From positions 1 to 53,868 of the forward strand of contig JAZRDB010000012.1 of NCBI GenBank assembly GCA_045660045.1: a stretch of DNA of 53,868 nucleotides. The letters are read 5' to 3'. Source of the stretch: Alphaproteobacteria bacterium (GTDB taxonomy: Bacteria; Pseudomonadota; Alphaproteobacteria; CAAHEQ01; UBA3637). Both the position numbers and the translations under genes were made by a program. Below the pieces are notes generated by a model that worked only from the letters and a program-made list of their open reading frames with translations, was not told the origin of the DNA and made no database searches. This document shows positions 42,642-52,307 of the stretch, in pieces; the first letter of the stretch is position 1; each line of letters begins with the position of its first letter.

Positions 42642-42835
42642 GACGCTCCTCAAGTTTATGCATATATTATACCATACTTTCGGCATATATCAAGCATTTT
42701 ACGCGACAACATACCTTTTTTAAATATCAAATCTTTCTTTATCAATGTATTAAATTTATATTTTAAATGTGGATTTTGTTTTTTTTGAAAAAATTGCTTG
42801 CTTTTTATTAAAAAAAGTGTATAATGAATTCTGTT

Positions 42836-42912
42836 GCGCCCGTAGCTTAATTGGATAGAGCATCTGACTACGGATCAGAAGGTTGTGAGTTCGAGTCCCG
42901 CCGGGCGCGCCA
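42836..42912 (+). tRNA. tRNA-Arg (ACG)
   Basis: GCGCCCG...CGGGCGC-G-CCA, anticodon loop CTACGGA; promoter TTGCTT-16-TATAAT upstream. Confidence 0.92.
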
Positions 42913-42941
42913 TTTTAATTTCCCAAGATTAGTTTTTTCAA

Positions 42942-43658
42942 ATGAGATGGCTTGCAAAAAATGTTTTAGATGTGTTATTGCCGCCAGTTTGCCCTGTTTG
43001 TGGTGAACCCGTGTATGAGAATACAACACTTTGTCCTAAGTGTTTTGGGGCATTACACTTTATCACTGACCCTTGTTGTCGCGTATGCGGACGCCCCTTC
43101 CCTTTTGATATGTTGGGCGATCCCGTTTGTGCAAATTGTCTGAGCTCAACACCATTATTCCACAAAGCTCGTGCTGTTGTAATATATGACCAGATGGCGA
43201 AAAAAATCATCCTACCATTTAAACATGGAGATCGATTAGATTTTACCCCCTTGATAGCTAAAATGATGGCTGCTCGCGACAAGGAAATGATTGAGAACGC
43301 AGACTACATTATTCCTGTTCCATTACATCGTCTTCGCCTTTTAAAGCGCAAATACAATCAATCGGCTTTGTTGGCGCGTGCTTTGACCAAAAATTTCCAC
43401 AAAGCTTATGTACCAGATGGGTTAAAACGTATACGTTCCACGCCAAAACAAGGCAAGTTGTCACCCGATGAAAGGGTACACAACGTTGCCAAGGCTTTTC
43501 GCGTCAATTTGCATTATGATTTCAAGGGCAAATCCATCCTTTTAATTGATGATGTTTTAACAACTGGCGCCACTGCCAATGAATGCACCAAAATTTTATT
43601 AAAAGCGGGCGCAAAACAGGTGGATATTTTGACTTTTGCCACCACAATTCCAAAATAA
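42942..43658 (+). CDS. comF: ComF family protein
   Basis: N-terminal CxxC pairs, IPVPLH, RKYNQS, LIDDVLTTGAT. Confidence 0.93.
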   Translation: MRWLAKNVLDVLLPPVCPVCGEPVYENTTLCPKCFGALHFITDPCCRVCGRPFPFDMLGDPVCANCLSSTPLFHKARAVVIYDQMAKKIILPFKHGDRLDFTPLIAKMMAARDKEMIENADYIIPVPLHRLRLLKRKYNQSALLARALTKNFHKAYVPDGLKRIRSTPKQGKLSPDERVHNVAKAFRVNLHYDFKGKSILLIDDVLTTGATANECTKILLKAGAKQVDILTFATTIPK

Positions 43659-43693
43659 AATCCCCCGAATCATACAAAATCGGGGGAAATTTT
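43657..43693. terminator. GC-rich hairpin between convergent genes (terminator; possible DGR target hairpin)
   Basis: TCCCCCGA...TCGGGGGA inverted repeat flanked by A/T runs. Confidence 0.7.
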
Positions 43694-43708
43694 AGTTAAA
43701 AAGCGGGA

Positions 43709-45025
43709 CTACTCCACACACAGGGCGGCGTTGCTGCCGTCGTGGTAGTTGCGACCGCGGCAGTCCACGTTACCACCGAGGGGGTAGGCGTGGAACGCGT
43801 TGCAAGAATTACCTGACGCAAAGTCCGTGGCTGTCCAGAACCATTTACTGTTTCCATACGCCTTCGCTAAATCCACAAGAACGGGGCTGTAATTGCCTTC
43901 TGTATCATCCATCGTTCTGGCACTCCAATTCCAATGGCTGTGCCAAAGATTGCATTCTGCGTTGTTGCCGCTGCAACAGTAGCCCCATTGTTTTGTGCCT
44001 TCTTCAATTGGATTACTGGTCCCACTGTAATAACAATTAAGCTCTTCAACATTGGTTAAACGCATTCCTTGGGCTTTACACCAATTGTCCGCCGCCCACC
44101 AGGTCATATTGCCATTGTTGCTCATAATAACGTTGCCAAGGCCTGTTATATTGCTGGCAGGTGTGCTTTCCCCTATGGCTTCACAGGTACCACTTGCGGG
44201 GTAATTACAGCTGTAATTCGCTTCATTTTTAATATTACAATAATATCCTTCCCCACATTGTGCATTTGTGGTACATTCTGTATCATTCGTCCAACACACC
44301 TTAAAAGTTTCCCCTTTGTTGTTGGTGTAGTCAACGGGCTCGTGGTCACAGCACACGTTCCATCCCTTGTATCCTACGCCAGGATAAATGGTATCCTCAC
44401 AACAGCCCTGTTCATAATAACGCCACAGTTCATCCCCTTCATAATAATCCCAATCATATATACGATACACTTTATCGGGGGCGCAACAGGACGTATCGTT
44501 CATACTTTCTTCTACACTATAATAACTGATATAGGGTACCGTACCATCGCCACAACAACCACCATCATTTGTGCTGTAGCCAGGCAGACCAGGATCGCAA
44601 CACTCGCCCATAGAACCATCGTATTCTTGACGACAGCACTGGTCTGTTGCTGTATTACACATATTGCCTTCCCCACAACACACATCTCCACATTGTCTTT
44701 CGGCAGGGCAAGCCTCTTGGCATTGTCCATCTTTGACGACATATCCTTCTGTGGTGCAACATTTTGTGCCATTATCATACACTTTTTCATTGGCACAACA
44801 GACCCCGTTAATTTCTGTTTCCGTATTTTCATCGCAATCAACAAACACTGGCGGATTGATTGGATTATCAGGGTCAATATGCACGCCAATAGAATTGACA
44901 CCATTGTAATTGTGCGACTTATGGCCACCGCCAAAGATGCCTCCAAAAGCAAACGCGTCTGTACTTGCCACGGCGGCTATCCCTATCATTGTGCTTAACA
45001 GTAAAAATTTCTTTATATTGCCCAT
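43709..45025 (-). CDS. secreted cysteine-rich protein, family member 3, with C-terminal CLec-like domain; probable DGR target
   Basis: Signal peptide, AFGG...GVNSIGVHI motif, CC-rich repeats, MTWWAADNWCKAQGMRL...WFWTAT...AALCVE. Confidence 0.85.
   Translation of the reverse strand: MGNIKKFLLLSTMIGIAAVASTDAFAFGGIFGGGHKSHNYNGVNSIGVHIDPDNPINPPVFVDCDENTETEINGVCCANEKVYDNGTKCCTTEGYVVKDGQCQEACPAERQCGDVCCGEGNMCNTATDQCCRQEYDGSMGECCDPGLPGYSTNDGGCCGDGTVPYISYYSVEESMNDTSCCAPDKVYRIYDWDYYEGDELWRYYEQGCCEDTIYPGVGYKGWNVCCDHEPVDYTNNKGETFKVCWTNDTECTTNAQCGEGYYCNIKNEANYSCNYPASGTCEAIGESTPASNITGLGNVIMSNNGNMTWWAADNWCKAQGMRLTNVEELNCYYSGTSNPIEEGTKQWGYCCSGNNAECNLWHSHWNWSARTMDDTEGNYSPVLVDLAKAYGNSKWFWTATDFASGNSCNAFHAYPLGGNVDCRGRNYHDGSNAALCVE
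43712..43804 (-). other. putative DGR variable region (VR)
   Basis: 22 of 27 consecutive codons end in C and none end in A, in an AT-rich genome, at the C-terminus of a CLec-like domain. Confidence 0.7.
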
Positions 45026-45041
45026 TTTTTCCTCCTATTGA

Positions 45042-45203
<162 letters not shown>

Positions 45204-45222
45204 TTTTACACCTCACTATTTC

Positions 45223-45251
45223 ATCCTATACAAACAAAAAACAAATGTCAA
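45223..45251 (-). promoter_or_regulatory. sigma70-like promoter for leader plus Cys-rich gene 3
   Basis: Minus strand TTGACA-17 nt-TAGGAT. Confidence 0.65.
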
Positions 45252-45253
45252 AT

Positions 45254-45287
45254 AAAAAAAATCCCCGACCAATTTACCGGGGATTTA
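45254..45287 (-). terminator. terminator after rpsU
   Basis: AAATCCCCG...CGGGGATTT inverted repeat with a U tail on the minus strand. Confidence 0.7.
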
Positions 45288-45302
45288 AAAACATCTGGGG
45301 AA

Positions 45303-45509
45303 TTAAAAACCTTCTGCCCAAAAACGCTTTCTTTGTGCTTTACGGGCACGACGGACGCACTCGGTCTTTTTACGAGCCTTCTTTTCAGATGGCTTTTCGT
45401 AATAACGACGCAACTTCATTTCGCGGAAACTGCCGTCACGTTGCATTTTCTTTTTCAAAACACGGATAGCTTGTTCCACATTGTTATCACGCACAACGAT
45501 TGTTACCAA
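45303..45509 (-). CDS. rpsU: 30S ribosomal protein S21
   Basis: [37 protein letters not shown] start. Confidence 0.96.
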   Translation of the reverse strand: MVTIVVRDNNVEQAIRVLKKKMQRDGSFREMKLRRYYEKPSEKKARKKTECVRRARKAQRKRFWAEGF

Positions 45510-45597
45510 AGGAATTCACCCCTTTCAAAATATTTCTCTTGTTGAACCAATTGCCTTGGATTATAGCAAATTTTAAAAACAAAATCAAGTGTTTTTT

Positions 45598-46965
45598 TTA
45601 TGCTCCAAAGAATTCTTTTAAGTATTTAGGCAAGTCTGCCACAGCCACACGCTCTTGTTCCATTGTGTCACGATTGCGCAAAGTCACTGTCGCGGGACTT
45701 TGTTCAATAGATTCAAAATCCACAGTAATGCAAAGCGGCGTACCGATTTCATCATGGCGACGGTAGGCTTTTCCGATATTACCTGAGTCTTCCAACATCA
45801 CGCGACCAATACCCGTCTTCAACAAATCGGCTTTAATCTGATGTGCCAAAGATACGATCTGTTCATTGTTGCGTTTCAAAGGAATCACCGCCACTTTCAC
45901 GGGCGCCAAATGCTTTTTCAACTTCAACACAGTCCTTGTTTCACCATTTGGTAATTTCTCTTCATTATAAGCTTCTGTCATAATCGCCAAGAAAGCACGA
46001 TCCACACCAATAGACGGTTCAATCACAAAAGGCACATACCATTTCTTATCTTCTTCATCATACACGGCCAATTTGGCAGTAGAATCTGGGTTTTTATGCA
46101 CATGGGCCACTAAATTTAATTCTTCTTGATGACGGCTGTGGTTACCTAAATCATAATCCTGACGATCGGCAATTCCCATCAATTCATCCAAGCCATGTGG
46201 GAACTGATATTCCAAATCGTATGTCTTTTTGGAATAGTGCGCCAAATCTTCCTTAGCAATATCATGTACATTCATTTTAGCCAAATCTAAGCCTTGTGCT
46301 TCCCACCATTTCAAGCAATAATCTTTCCACTTTTCCATCCAATCCAAATCTGTACCAGGCTTCACAAAAAATTCCAGCTCCATCTGTTCAAACTCACGTT
46401 GACGGAACATAAAGTTACGTGCGGTGATTTCGTTACGGAAAGATTTACCAATTTGTGCAATGCCAAATGGCACTTTACGAGCGGTAGAATCAATCACGTT
46501 TTTGAATTGTGTAAAGATAGATTGACACGTTTCCGGCCGCAAATAAACAAACACAGATCCATCATCCACCGGACCAAAATTCGTTTTAAACATTGTATTA
46601 AAAGAACGAACTTCAGTTAAATCTGTGGAGCCACACTCTGGGCATTTACCGTCTTTCACATGATCTGCACGGAAACGAGCCTTACATTTTTTACAATCTT
46701 GCAAAGGATCCGAGAAAGTGGACTCATGACCACTGTATTGCAGCACCTTGCGCATGGTCAAAATACTGGTATCCAACCCTTCCACATCATCCCGTTCATA
46801 TACCATAGAACGCCACCAAGCCGCCTTGATGTTGTTTTTTAATTCCACACCTAAAGGACCATAATCATAAACACCTTGCAACCCGCCATAAATATCAGCG
46901 CTTTGAAAAGCAAAACCACGGCGTTTGCATAAATTAACCAATTGATCCATTGATGTTGCGGGCAT
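45598..46965 (-). CDS. glyQS: glycine--tRNA ligase, homodimeric alpha2 type
   Basis: [53 protein letters not shown] anticodon-binding domain. Confidence 0.95.
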   Translation of the reverse strand: MPATSMDQLVNLCKRRGFAFQSADIYGGLQGVYDYGPLGVELKNNIKAAWWRSMVYERDDVEGLDTSILTMRKVLQYSGHESTFSDPLQDCKKCKARFRADHVKDGKCPECGSTDLTEVRSFNTMFKTNFGPVDDGSVFVYLRPETCQSIFTQFKNVIDSTARKVPFGIAQIGKSFRNEITARNFMFRQREFEQMELEFFVKPGTDLDWMEKWKDYCLKWWEAQGLDLAKMNVHDIAKEDLAHYSKKTYDLEYQFPHGLDELMGIADRQDYDLGNHSRHQEELNLVAHVHKNPDSTAKLAVYDEEDKKWYVPFVIEPSIGVDRAFLAIMTEAYNEEKLPNGETRTVLKLKKHLAPVKVAVIPLKRNNEQIVSLAHQIKADLLKTGIGRVMLEDSGNIGKAYRRHDEIGTPLCITVDFESIEQSPATVTLRNRDTMEQERVAVADLPKYLKEFFGA

Positions 46966-46995
46966 TTTAAACTCCTTCTGTTAAAAATAAAAACT

Positions 46996-47020
46996 GGAGG
47001 GATTATACTCCAATCCCTCC
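46996..47020 (-). terminator. hairpin after the 277 aa orphan
   Basis: GGAGGGATT...AATCCCTCC inverted repeat. Confidence 0.6.
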
Positions 47021-47042
47021 GCAAAAGTCAAGATATTTTTAA

Positions 47043-47876
47043 TTAACGAGATCCTTTTCCTTTGGCATACTTCGACGCTTCCCGTCTAGCCTTATCAGCA
47101 CGTTTTTGTGCTTCTCGTTGCGCTGCCTTTCGCTCACGTTCCAAACGTTTTCGTTCCTTTTCTTGAATACGACACAAACGTTCTGCCTTTCTTTCGGCTG
47201 CTCTTTGACGTTGCAGTTCCAGATTCTGTCTGGTGCGTTCATTACCCAATTCTCTGCTTTCTGTCCGAAGTCTATCGCGTTTTCTATCTTCACGCACTTT
47301 TGAACGATGAGCACGTCCTTCTACCCCAACGCTTTTCCATGATTCAATACCTCGACGAGCATCCGCTCCAGCATATGCCAATCCCGCCACAGAATCCAAA
47401 GTTGCCGTCACATCTCCTAATACATCTCGTGCACCAGCATTTAATTGGTGATATCCCGTCTTAATTGGGCTGGACACAGGGTGTTCATCCGGTAAAGGGA
47501 CCTCAAAAGAAACACGGCCATTTTGTGGATGATACACAGGCTCTTCATACTCATAAAAATCTGGAGCTGTATTTTGATTATCCACAAGCCATTGATGGAC
47601 AACAACATTTGTCTTTTCATTATTCTTGTCGGTTTTAATGCGGCCAAACCATCCCCAAACGACGGTAGCCACCAGCCCAAGAATCCCCAACCGCTTCAAC
47701 CAAGCAATACGCTTTCCACGAGCCGCCGCCTCACGCGCACGCCGTTTAGCTTCGGCCATTCCAATATCTTCATGCTCCACTTTTTTAGGCGCCGGAGCAC
47801 TGGCCCGACGTTTTTCAGCCGCATCGTATAATTTTCCGAATTCTTTTGCCGAAATTGGCTTTGGTGTTTTTGACAT
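47043..47876 (-). CDS. orphan protein with one TM and a charged coiled-coil tail
   Basis: AGGAGG SD; TM LGILGLVATVVWGWF; R/E/K-rich C-terminus. Confidence 0.75.
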   Translation of the reverse strand: MSKTPKPISAKEFGKLYDAAEKRRASAPAPKKVEHEDIGMAEAKRRAREAAARGKRIAWLKRLGILGLVATVVWGWFGRIKTDKNNEKTNVVVHQWLVDNQNTAPDFYEYEEPVYHPQNGRVSFEVPLPDEHPVSSPIKTGYHQLNAGARDVLGDVTATLDSVAGLAYAGADARRGIESWKSVGVEGRAHRSKVREDRKRDRLRTESRELGNERTRQNLELQRQRAAERKAERLCRIQEKERKRLERERKAAQREAQKRADKARREASKYAKGKGSR

Positions 47877-47943
47877 ATTTTCCTCCTTTTCAATAGCTCA
47901 TCACCTATGGGGCTATTATATACCCAAAGTCGATTTTTGTCAA

Positions 47944-48540
47944 TTATTTTGAATTTTCCGGTTTAAATTCCCGACTTTTACGCTCCAATTCAGCAGTCAA
48001 AGCAGGCACACTGTTTGCATTTTGTTGCAAGAATGCACGATAATCATTTCGATATGTAGCTGCCATGCTGACTCCTTCCACAATAATATCAACAATCTTG
48101 TATGAATCTTTGGATGGGCGCAAACGCCAAATCACTTCCACGGGTTGTTTATCTTGAATCACGCTGTCCACATAAATTTGTCCGCGTTCCGCATTTCGTG
48201 TCCCTTGGAAAACAATTTGTTGTCCCGTATATAAATTAAAACGATCTGCCCATGTTTTAACTGTCAAATCTGTAAAAGCATTCAAAAATGCTGCGCGATC
48301 TTCTTCTGATGTTTTTTTCCAAGCAGTTCCCAAAACAAACTGCCCAATACCTTTTAAATCCAATGCTTCTACAAAGGCATCACGGAAAAAAGCTTCTTTA
48401 TCATCTTTCGTTTTATCTGTTGCCACAATTTCGGCCAAGATTTTATCAGCCAATTTATCCACAAAACCAATTGCTGGATCCTCCGCTCGCACAGCAAAAG
48501 ACATAAATATTGCAGTTAAAAACAAAATAAGTTTTTTCAT
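47944..48540 (-). CDS. mlaC: MlaC/Ttg2D phospholipid-binding protein
   Basis: FVLGTAWK, YKIVDIIVEGVSM..TYRNDY. Confidence 0.9.
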   Translation of the reverse strand: MKKLILFLTAIFMSFAVRAEDPAIGFVDKLADKILAEIVATDKTKDDKEAFFRDAFVEALDLKGIGQFVLGTAWKKTSEEDRAAFLNAFTDLTVKTWADRFNLYTGQQIVFQGTRNAERGQIYVDSVIQDKQPVEVIWRLRPSKDSYKIVDIIVEGVSMAATYRNDYRAFLQQNANSVPALTAELERKSREFKPENSK

Positions 48541-48541
48541 T

Positions 48542-49324
48542 TTAATCCTCCCATTCTATATCCGAAAAATCTGCCTCATAATCAGGTTTTTCATTTTCTT
48601 GTTTGTTATTCAAAACTTCATTGATTTTCTTTCTTCTATTTTGACGTGACATTGTTCTTAAAGTTGTATAATAATCCGTGGACGTTTTTTCCAAATCATC
48701 CAATAAATCCATAGCGCGCTCACGAGCATCAACCCCATCTAAAGCCACTAAACCATAATGCAATTCACGCTCATTCCAAAGCGCCCAGCCCATTGGGTGC
48801 GCCAATGCATCAACACCGGTTCCGATACCATCACGCACACTGGATGGCCCCAAGAACGGCAACATCAAGAACGGGCCACCATCACCATCCCATCCCCATT
48901 TTGCCAACGTTTGGCCAAAATCATTTTTGGGATTAGGAATACCAGCTTCTGAAGCAACATCAAACAATCCAAAGAAACCAAATGTTGTGTTTGTTACAAA
49001 ACGACCCAAGGTTGCTCCTGCATCCTTAAATTGGCCTTGCAACAAAGCATTCAATAAATGCACTGGTTGCGCTAAGTTATCAAAAAAATTGGTAACCCAA
49101 CCGCGCTGAAATTCCGGAACAACTGTTCGATATCCTTTTGCAATCGGTTTCAAAACGACCTTATCTGCTGCTTGGTTAAAAGCATGAATACCACGATTCA
49201 TCGGTTCCCAAGGATCATTCGTTTCCTCATAGATCTTTAATTCTTCGGGATCCGTTGGACGTGTAGCACACCCAGAAAGCGCCACAAATAAACAAAAAAA
49301 CAAAATAAACTTCTTTTTTCCCAT
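48542..49324 (-). CDS. mlaA: MlaA/VacJ lipoprotein
   Basis: Lipobox LSGC, NDPWEPMNR, DFGQTL..WG, LPFLGPSSVRD. Confidence 0.95.
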   Translation of the reverse strand: MGKKKFILFFCLFVALSGCATRPTDPEELKIYEETNDPWEPMNRGIHAFNQAADKVVLKPIAKGYRTVVPEFQRGWVTNFFDNLAQPVHLLNALLQGQFKDAGATLGRFVTNTTFGFFGLFDVASEAGIPNPKNDFGQTLAKWGWDGDGGPFLMLPFLGPSSVRDGIGTGVDALAHPMGWALWNERELHYGLVALDGVDARERAMDLLDDLEKTSTDYYTTLRTMSRQNRRKKINEVLNNKQENEKPDYEADFSDIEWED

Positions 49325-49430
49325 TTTTTCGCTTGATTTTCTAAAACTTTTTGGTTAAAAATAGTTATGTTGAGTTTTAGTGTATAATGAATATGATTAA
49401 ACGTCAAGAAAAAAATTTAAAAGGGGATAC

Positions 49431-50363
49431 ATGACAAAAAATTTTATATTATGCTTTTTGTTGTTGTTCGCTGGATCCGCGTTTGCCCAAGAAGATCTTG
49501 ACATTTCCCTGTTTGATGACACTCCTATTTTAGGTCGCACAGCGCCCCCATTGGACAGCGTACGATTGACACCTCCTCCCGCACCAGATATTCGTATTGA
49601 CTTGGACAACACACAAAATCGCCCAGCACAGTCAGCACCTCCCCCAGCTGAGCCTTTACCAACCATTCCATCAACACATATTGATTTGTCTGGAACATCT
49701 CCAGCTCCTGTAGCGACCACTCCTTCCCGACCCAGCAGCCCACCTGTGCCACTACACGATGTTTCATCATTTGATGTGGCTGATTTCAGTTTAGGTACAC
49801 CATCCAACGAAATATTCCAAAAAGCTCGTGAAAAAGGTTTCAAAGTAACCATTACTCAAGAGAGCGTTCCTGTATATTATGCAACAGATTATGATTATAC
49901 GTGCCGCAAAAAAGGATTGGTTGTACCAGATCAAATTAAACAATGCATTCAAGATCTTGCCTGTCATCAAAATACGCGTTATATTTCCGAAGCAACTTTA
50001 ACCCGTAAAAATGAAATTATTCGTTTATATTTTACTTCTAATGCCACCGATAACTTGCTGTACAAAATATTATATATTAACAAGGGCGATAATTCGTTGA
50101 ATTTGACACGCATCAACAAAGCAAAGAAACAGCTGCGTCAAAAGGAATTTTGGGATGCTGTATTTGCTAAATATGGTTACCCTGATGATGGTGAAAAATA
50201 CATTTGGGGAAACCCATCAAAAGCTTATATGCACGCCTACATGACGGGTTCAAACTATGATGGTTTTATTGTGATGGAAGACGTTCAATTGTCAGCTGAA
50301 GATTATTGGGAAGCAAAAGGTGTTGAGGATGAGCGTCCACCTCGCAACACCTTTGTTTTTTAG
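49431..50363 (+). CDS. secreted hypothetical protein with Pro-rich linker
   Basis: Signal peptide ending AFA, Pro-rich stretch, globular C-terminal part. Confidence 0.75.
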   Translation: MTKNFILCFLLLFAGSAFAQEDLDISLFDDTPILGRTAPPLDSVRLTPPPAPDIRIDLDNTQNRPAQSAPPPAEPLPTIPSTHIDLSGTSPAPVATTPSRPSSPPVPLHDVSSFDVADFSLGTPSNEIFQKAREKGFKVTITQESVPVYYATDYDYTCRKKGLVVPDQIKQCIQDLACHQNTRYISEATLTRKNEIIRLYFTSNATDNLLYKILYINKGDNSLNLTRINKAKKQLRQKEFWDAVFAKYGYPDDGEKYIWGNPSKAYMHAYMTGSNYDGFIVMEDVQLSAEDYWEAKGVEDERPPRNTFVF

Positions 50364-50375
50364 AAAGGATTTTAG

Positions 50376-52307
50376 ATGCCATTTGATGCCACGAAATACC
50401 TAATCAATTACACCGCCTTAGCGAAAGAAGGTAAATTGCCGCCGTTGATTGGACGCGAAAAGGAATTAGAGCGTTTGATCCATGCCCTGCTTCGCGACGA
50501 CAAAAACAATCCGATTGTTGTTGGACCCGCCGGCATTGGTAAATCCGCATTGATTGAGGGTTTGATTCAATTTATGGCTTCCGAAAATGCCCCAGAATAT
50601 ATGCAAACCAGAGAAGTGGTTGGATTTGATGTTGGCGCTTTAATGTTAGATGCGGCAACAGATGAATCATATGCCACGCTTGTGAAACAAGTGATGCAAA
50701 GCATTATTGAAACGAACGGGCAACAAGTCCTGTATTTAAAAGACATGAGCTTCCTTGTTTATATGGATATTTCACCAGAAAACAAAGAGCCTGCTAAATT
50801 TCTAAAGCTTTCTTTGGTTGCGGGAAAAATCAATTGTATTTTGGAAACGGACACACAAACTTATGTCACAACGGTTGAAAAAGATCCTGCCGTGATGGGA
50901 TGTTTACAACCACTTTTGCTTGAAGAACCTACATTGCAAGACAGCATTGAAATTGTTCAAGCTCGCAAAGGCAAATACGAAGAACATTATGACATCAAAA
51001 TTCCGGCTGAAACGGTGAAGGTTGCTTGTCAATTAACCGCTCGATATATCAAACAACGTTATTTCCCAGAAAAAGCTTTGGATTTGTTGGATGATTCGGC
51101 CAGTCTTTTAATGATGGATATTGCAAGAGGAGAAGTTGCCGAAGATAACAATACATTGACCCCAGAATTTTGCAACCGCACAATTGCCGATTGGACTGGC
51201 ATTCCTGTGGACAAAGTGGATGCGGAAGACAAAGCTCGTATGGCACATGCGGAAGACACTTTACGTTTGCGTGTGGTGGGGCAAGACAATGCGGTAAAAG
51301 TGGTAGCTGATGCTATTCGCCGTTCACGTTCTGGCATGCAAGATCCAAATCGCCCAATCGGCTCTTTCTTGTTTATTGGTACGACTGGCGTTGGTAAAAC
51401 AGAATTGGCAAAATCTTTGGCCGAATTCATGTTTAATGATGAAACAGCATTGATGCGTTTGGATATGTCTGAATACATGGAACGTACATCGGTAGCCCGA
51501 ATGATTGGTCCTCCTCCAGGATCACCAGGATTTGAAGCCGGCGGATTGTTAACAGAATCCGTACGTTTAAAACCTTTCCAAGTCGTATTATTCGACGAAA
51601 TTGAAAAGGCACATTTGGATATTTTAAATTTGATGTTGCAGCTGTTGGATGAAGGCCGATTGACGGATAGCAAAGGCACAACTGTAGATTTCAGAAACAC
51701 GATTATTATATGTACATCTAACGTTGGTGCGAATTTACCAAGTTATCAACGGGTAGAAAAATTGACCGATTATTTTAGACCAGAATTTTTGAACCGTTTT
51801 GATGATATTGTCTCCTTTCACCAATTGACCGAAGATGACTTGCTTAAAATTGTGGATATTCACTTAAACAAGTTGTTAAAACGTGCCAAAGCTGTTGGCT
51901 ATGACGTTGTGGTACATGATTCCGCTAAAAAGTGGTTTGTGGATGAAGTGTTTACAAGCCGATTTGGTGTGCGTGCTTTGAAGCGTTTGATTCAAGAGCA
52001 AGTTGAAAACCCACTTTCCTTGCTGATTATGCAGGATCGTATTCATCCGGGACAAGAAGTTTTTTTGAACGTGGATGATACAGGCCGCAAGTTACGCGTT
52101 TATGCAAAAGCTGGCAACAAAGAAGTCGTTCCAGAAGTGGCTAAAAACCCTGAGCAGGATATGATTAAACAAGCCACTGCTAAAGCAGAAGCTACCACAC
52201 AAGAGGAAGATCCGGTACCAGATATCAAACCCCCACAGGAAGCTGAAGAAGAATCTATCGAAGCCGTAGAAGATAAGGCCGAAAATGAGCCAAAATCTGA
52301 CGAATAA
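50376..52307 (+). CDS. atypical ClpA/B-family AAA+ ATPase
   Basis: LIGREKE, GPAGIGKS, PEKALDLLD; second domain RPIGSFLFIGTTGVGKTELAK, FDEIEKAH, FRPEFLNR. Confidence 0.9.
   Translation: MPFDATKYLINYTALAKEGKLPPLIGREKELERLIHALLRDDKNNPIVVGPAGIGKSALIEGLIQFMASENAPEYMQTREVVGFDVGALMLDAATDESYATLVKQVMQSIIETNGQQVLYLKDMSFLVYMDISPENKEPAKFLKLSLVAGKINCILETDTQTYVTTVEKDPAVMGCLQPLLLEEPTLQDSIEIVQARKGKYEEHYDIKIPAETVKVACQLTARYIKQRYFPEKALDLLDDSASLLMMDIARGEVAEDNNTLTPEFCNRTIADWTGIPVDKVDAEDKARMAHAEDTLRLRVVGQDNAVKVVADAIRRSRSGMQDPNRPIGSFLFIGTTGVGKTELAKSLAEFMFNDETALMRLDMSEYMERTSVARMIGPPPGSPGFEAGGLLTESVRLKPFQVVLFDEIEKAHLDILNLMLQLLDEGRLTDSKGTTVDFRNTIIICTSNVGANLPSYQRVEKLTDYFRPEFLNRFDDIVSFHQLTEDDLLKIVDIHLNKLLKRAKAVGYDVVVHDSAKKWFVDEVFTSRFGVRALKRLIQEQVENPLSLLIMQDRIHPGQEVFLNVDDTGRKLRVYAKAGNKEVVPEVAKNPEQDMIKQATAKAEATTQEEDPVPDIKPPQEAEEESIEAVEDKAENEPKSDE

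Noticed and set aside
42884..42901. A-C mismatch in the tRNA-Arg T-stem suggesting a pseudo-tRNA
   Set aside because: It is a single mismatch; the other arms, the CCA end and the promoter are intact.
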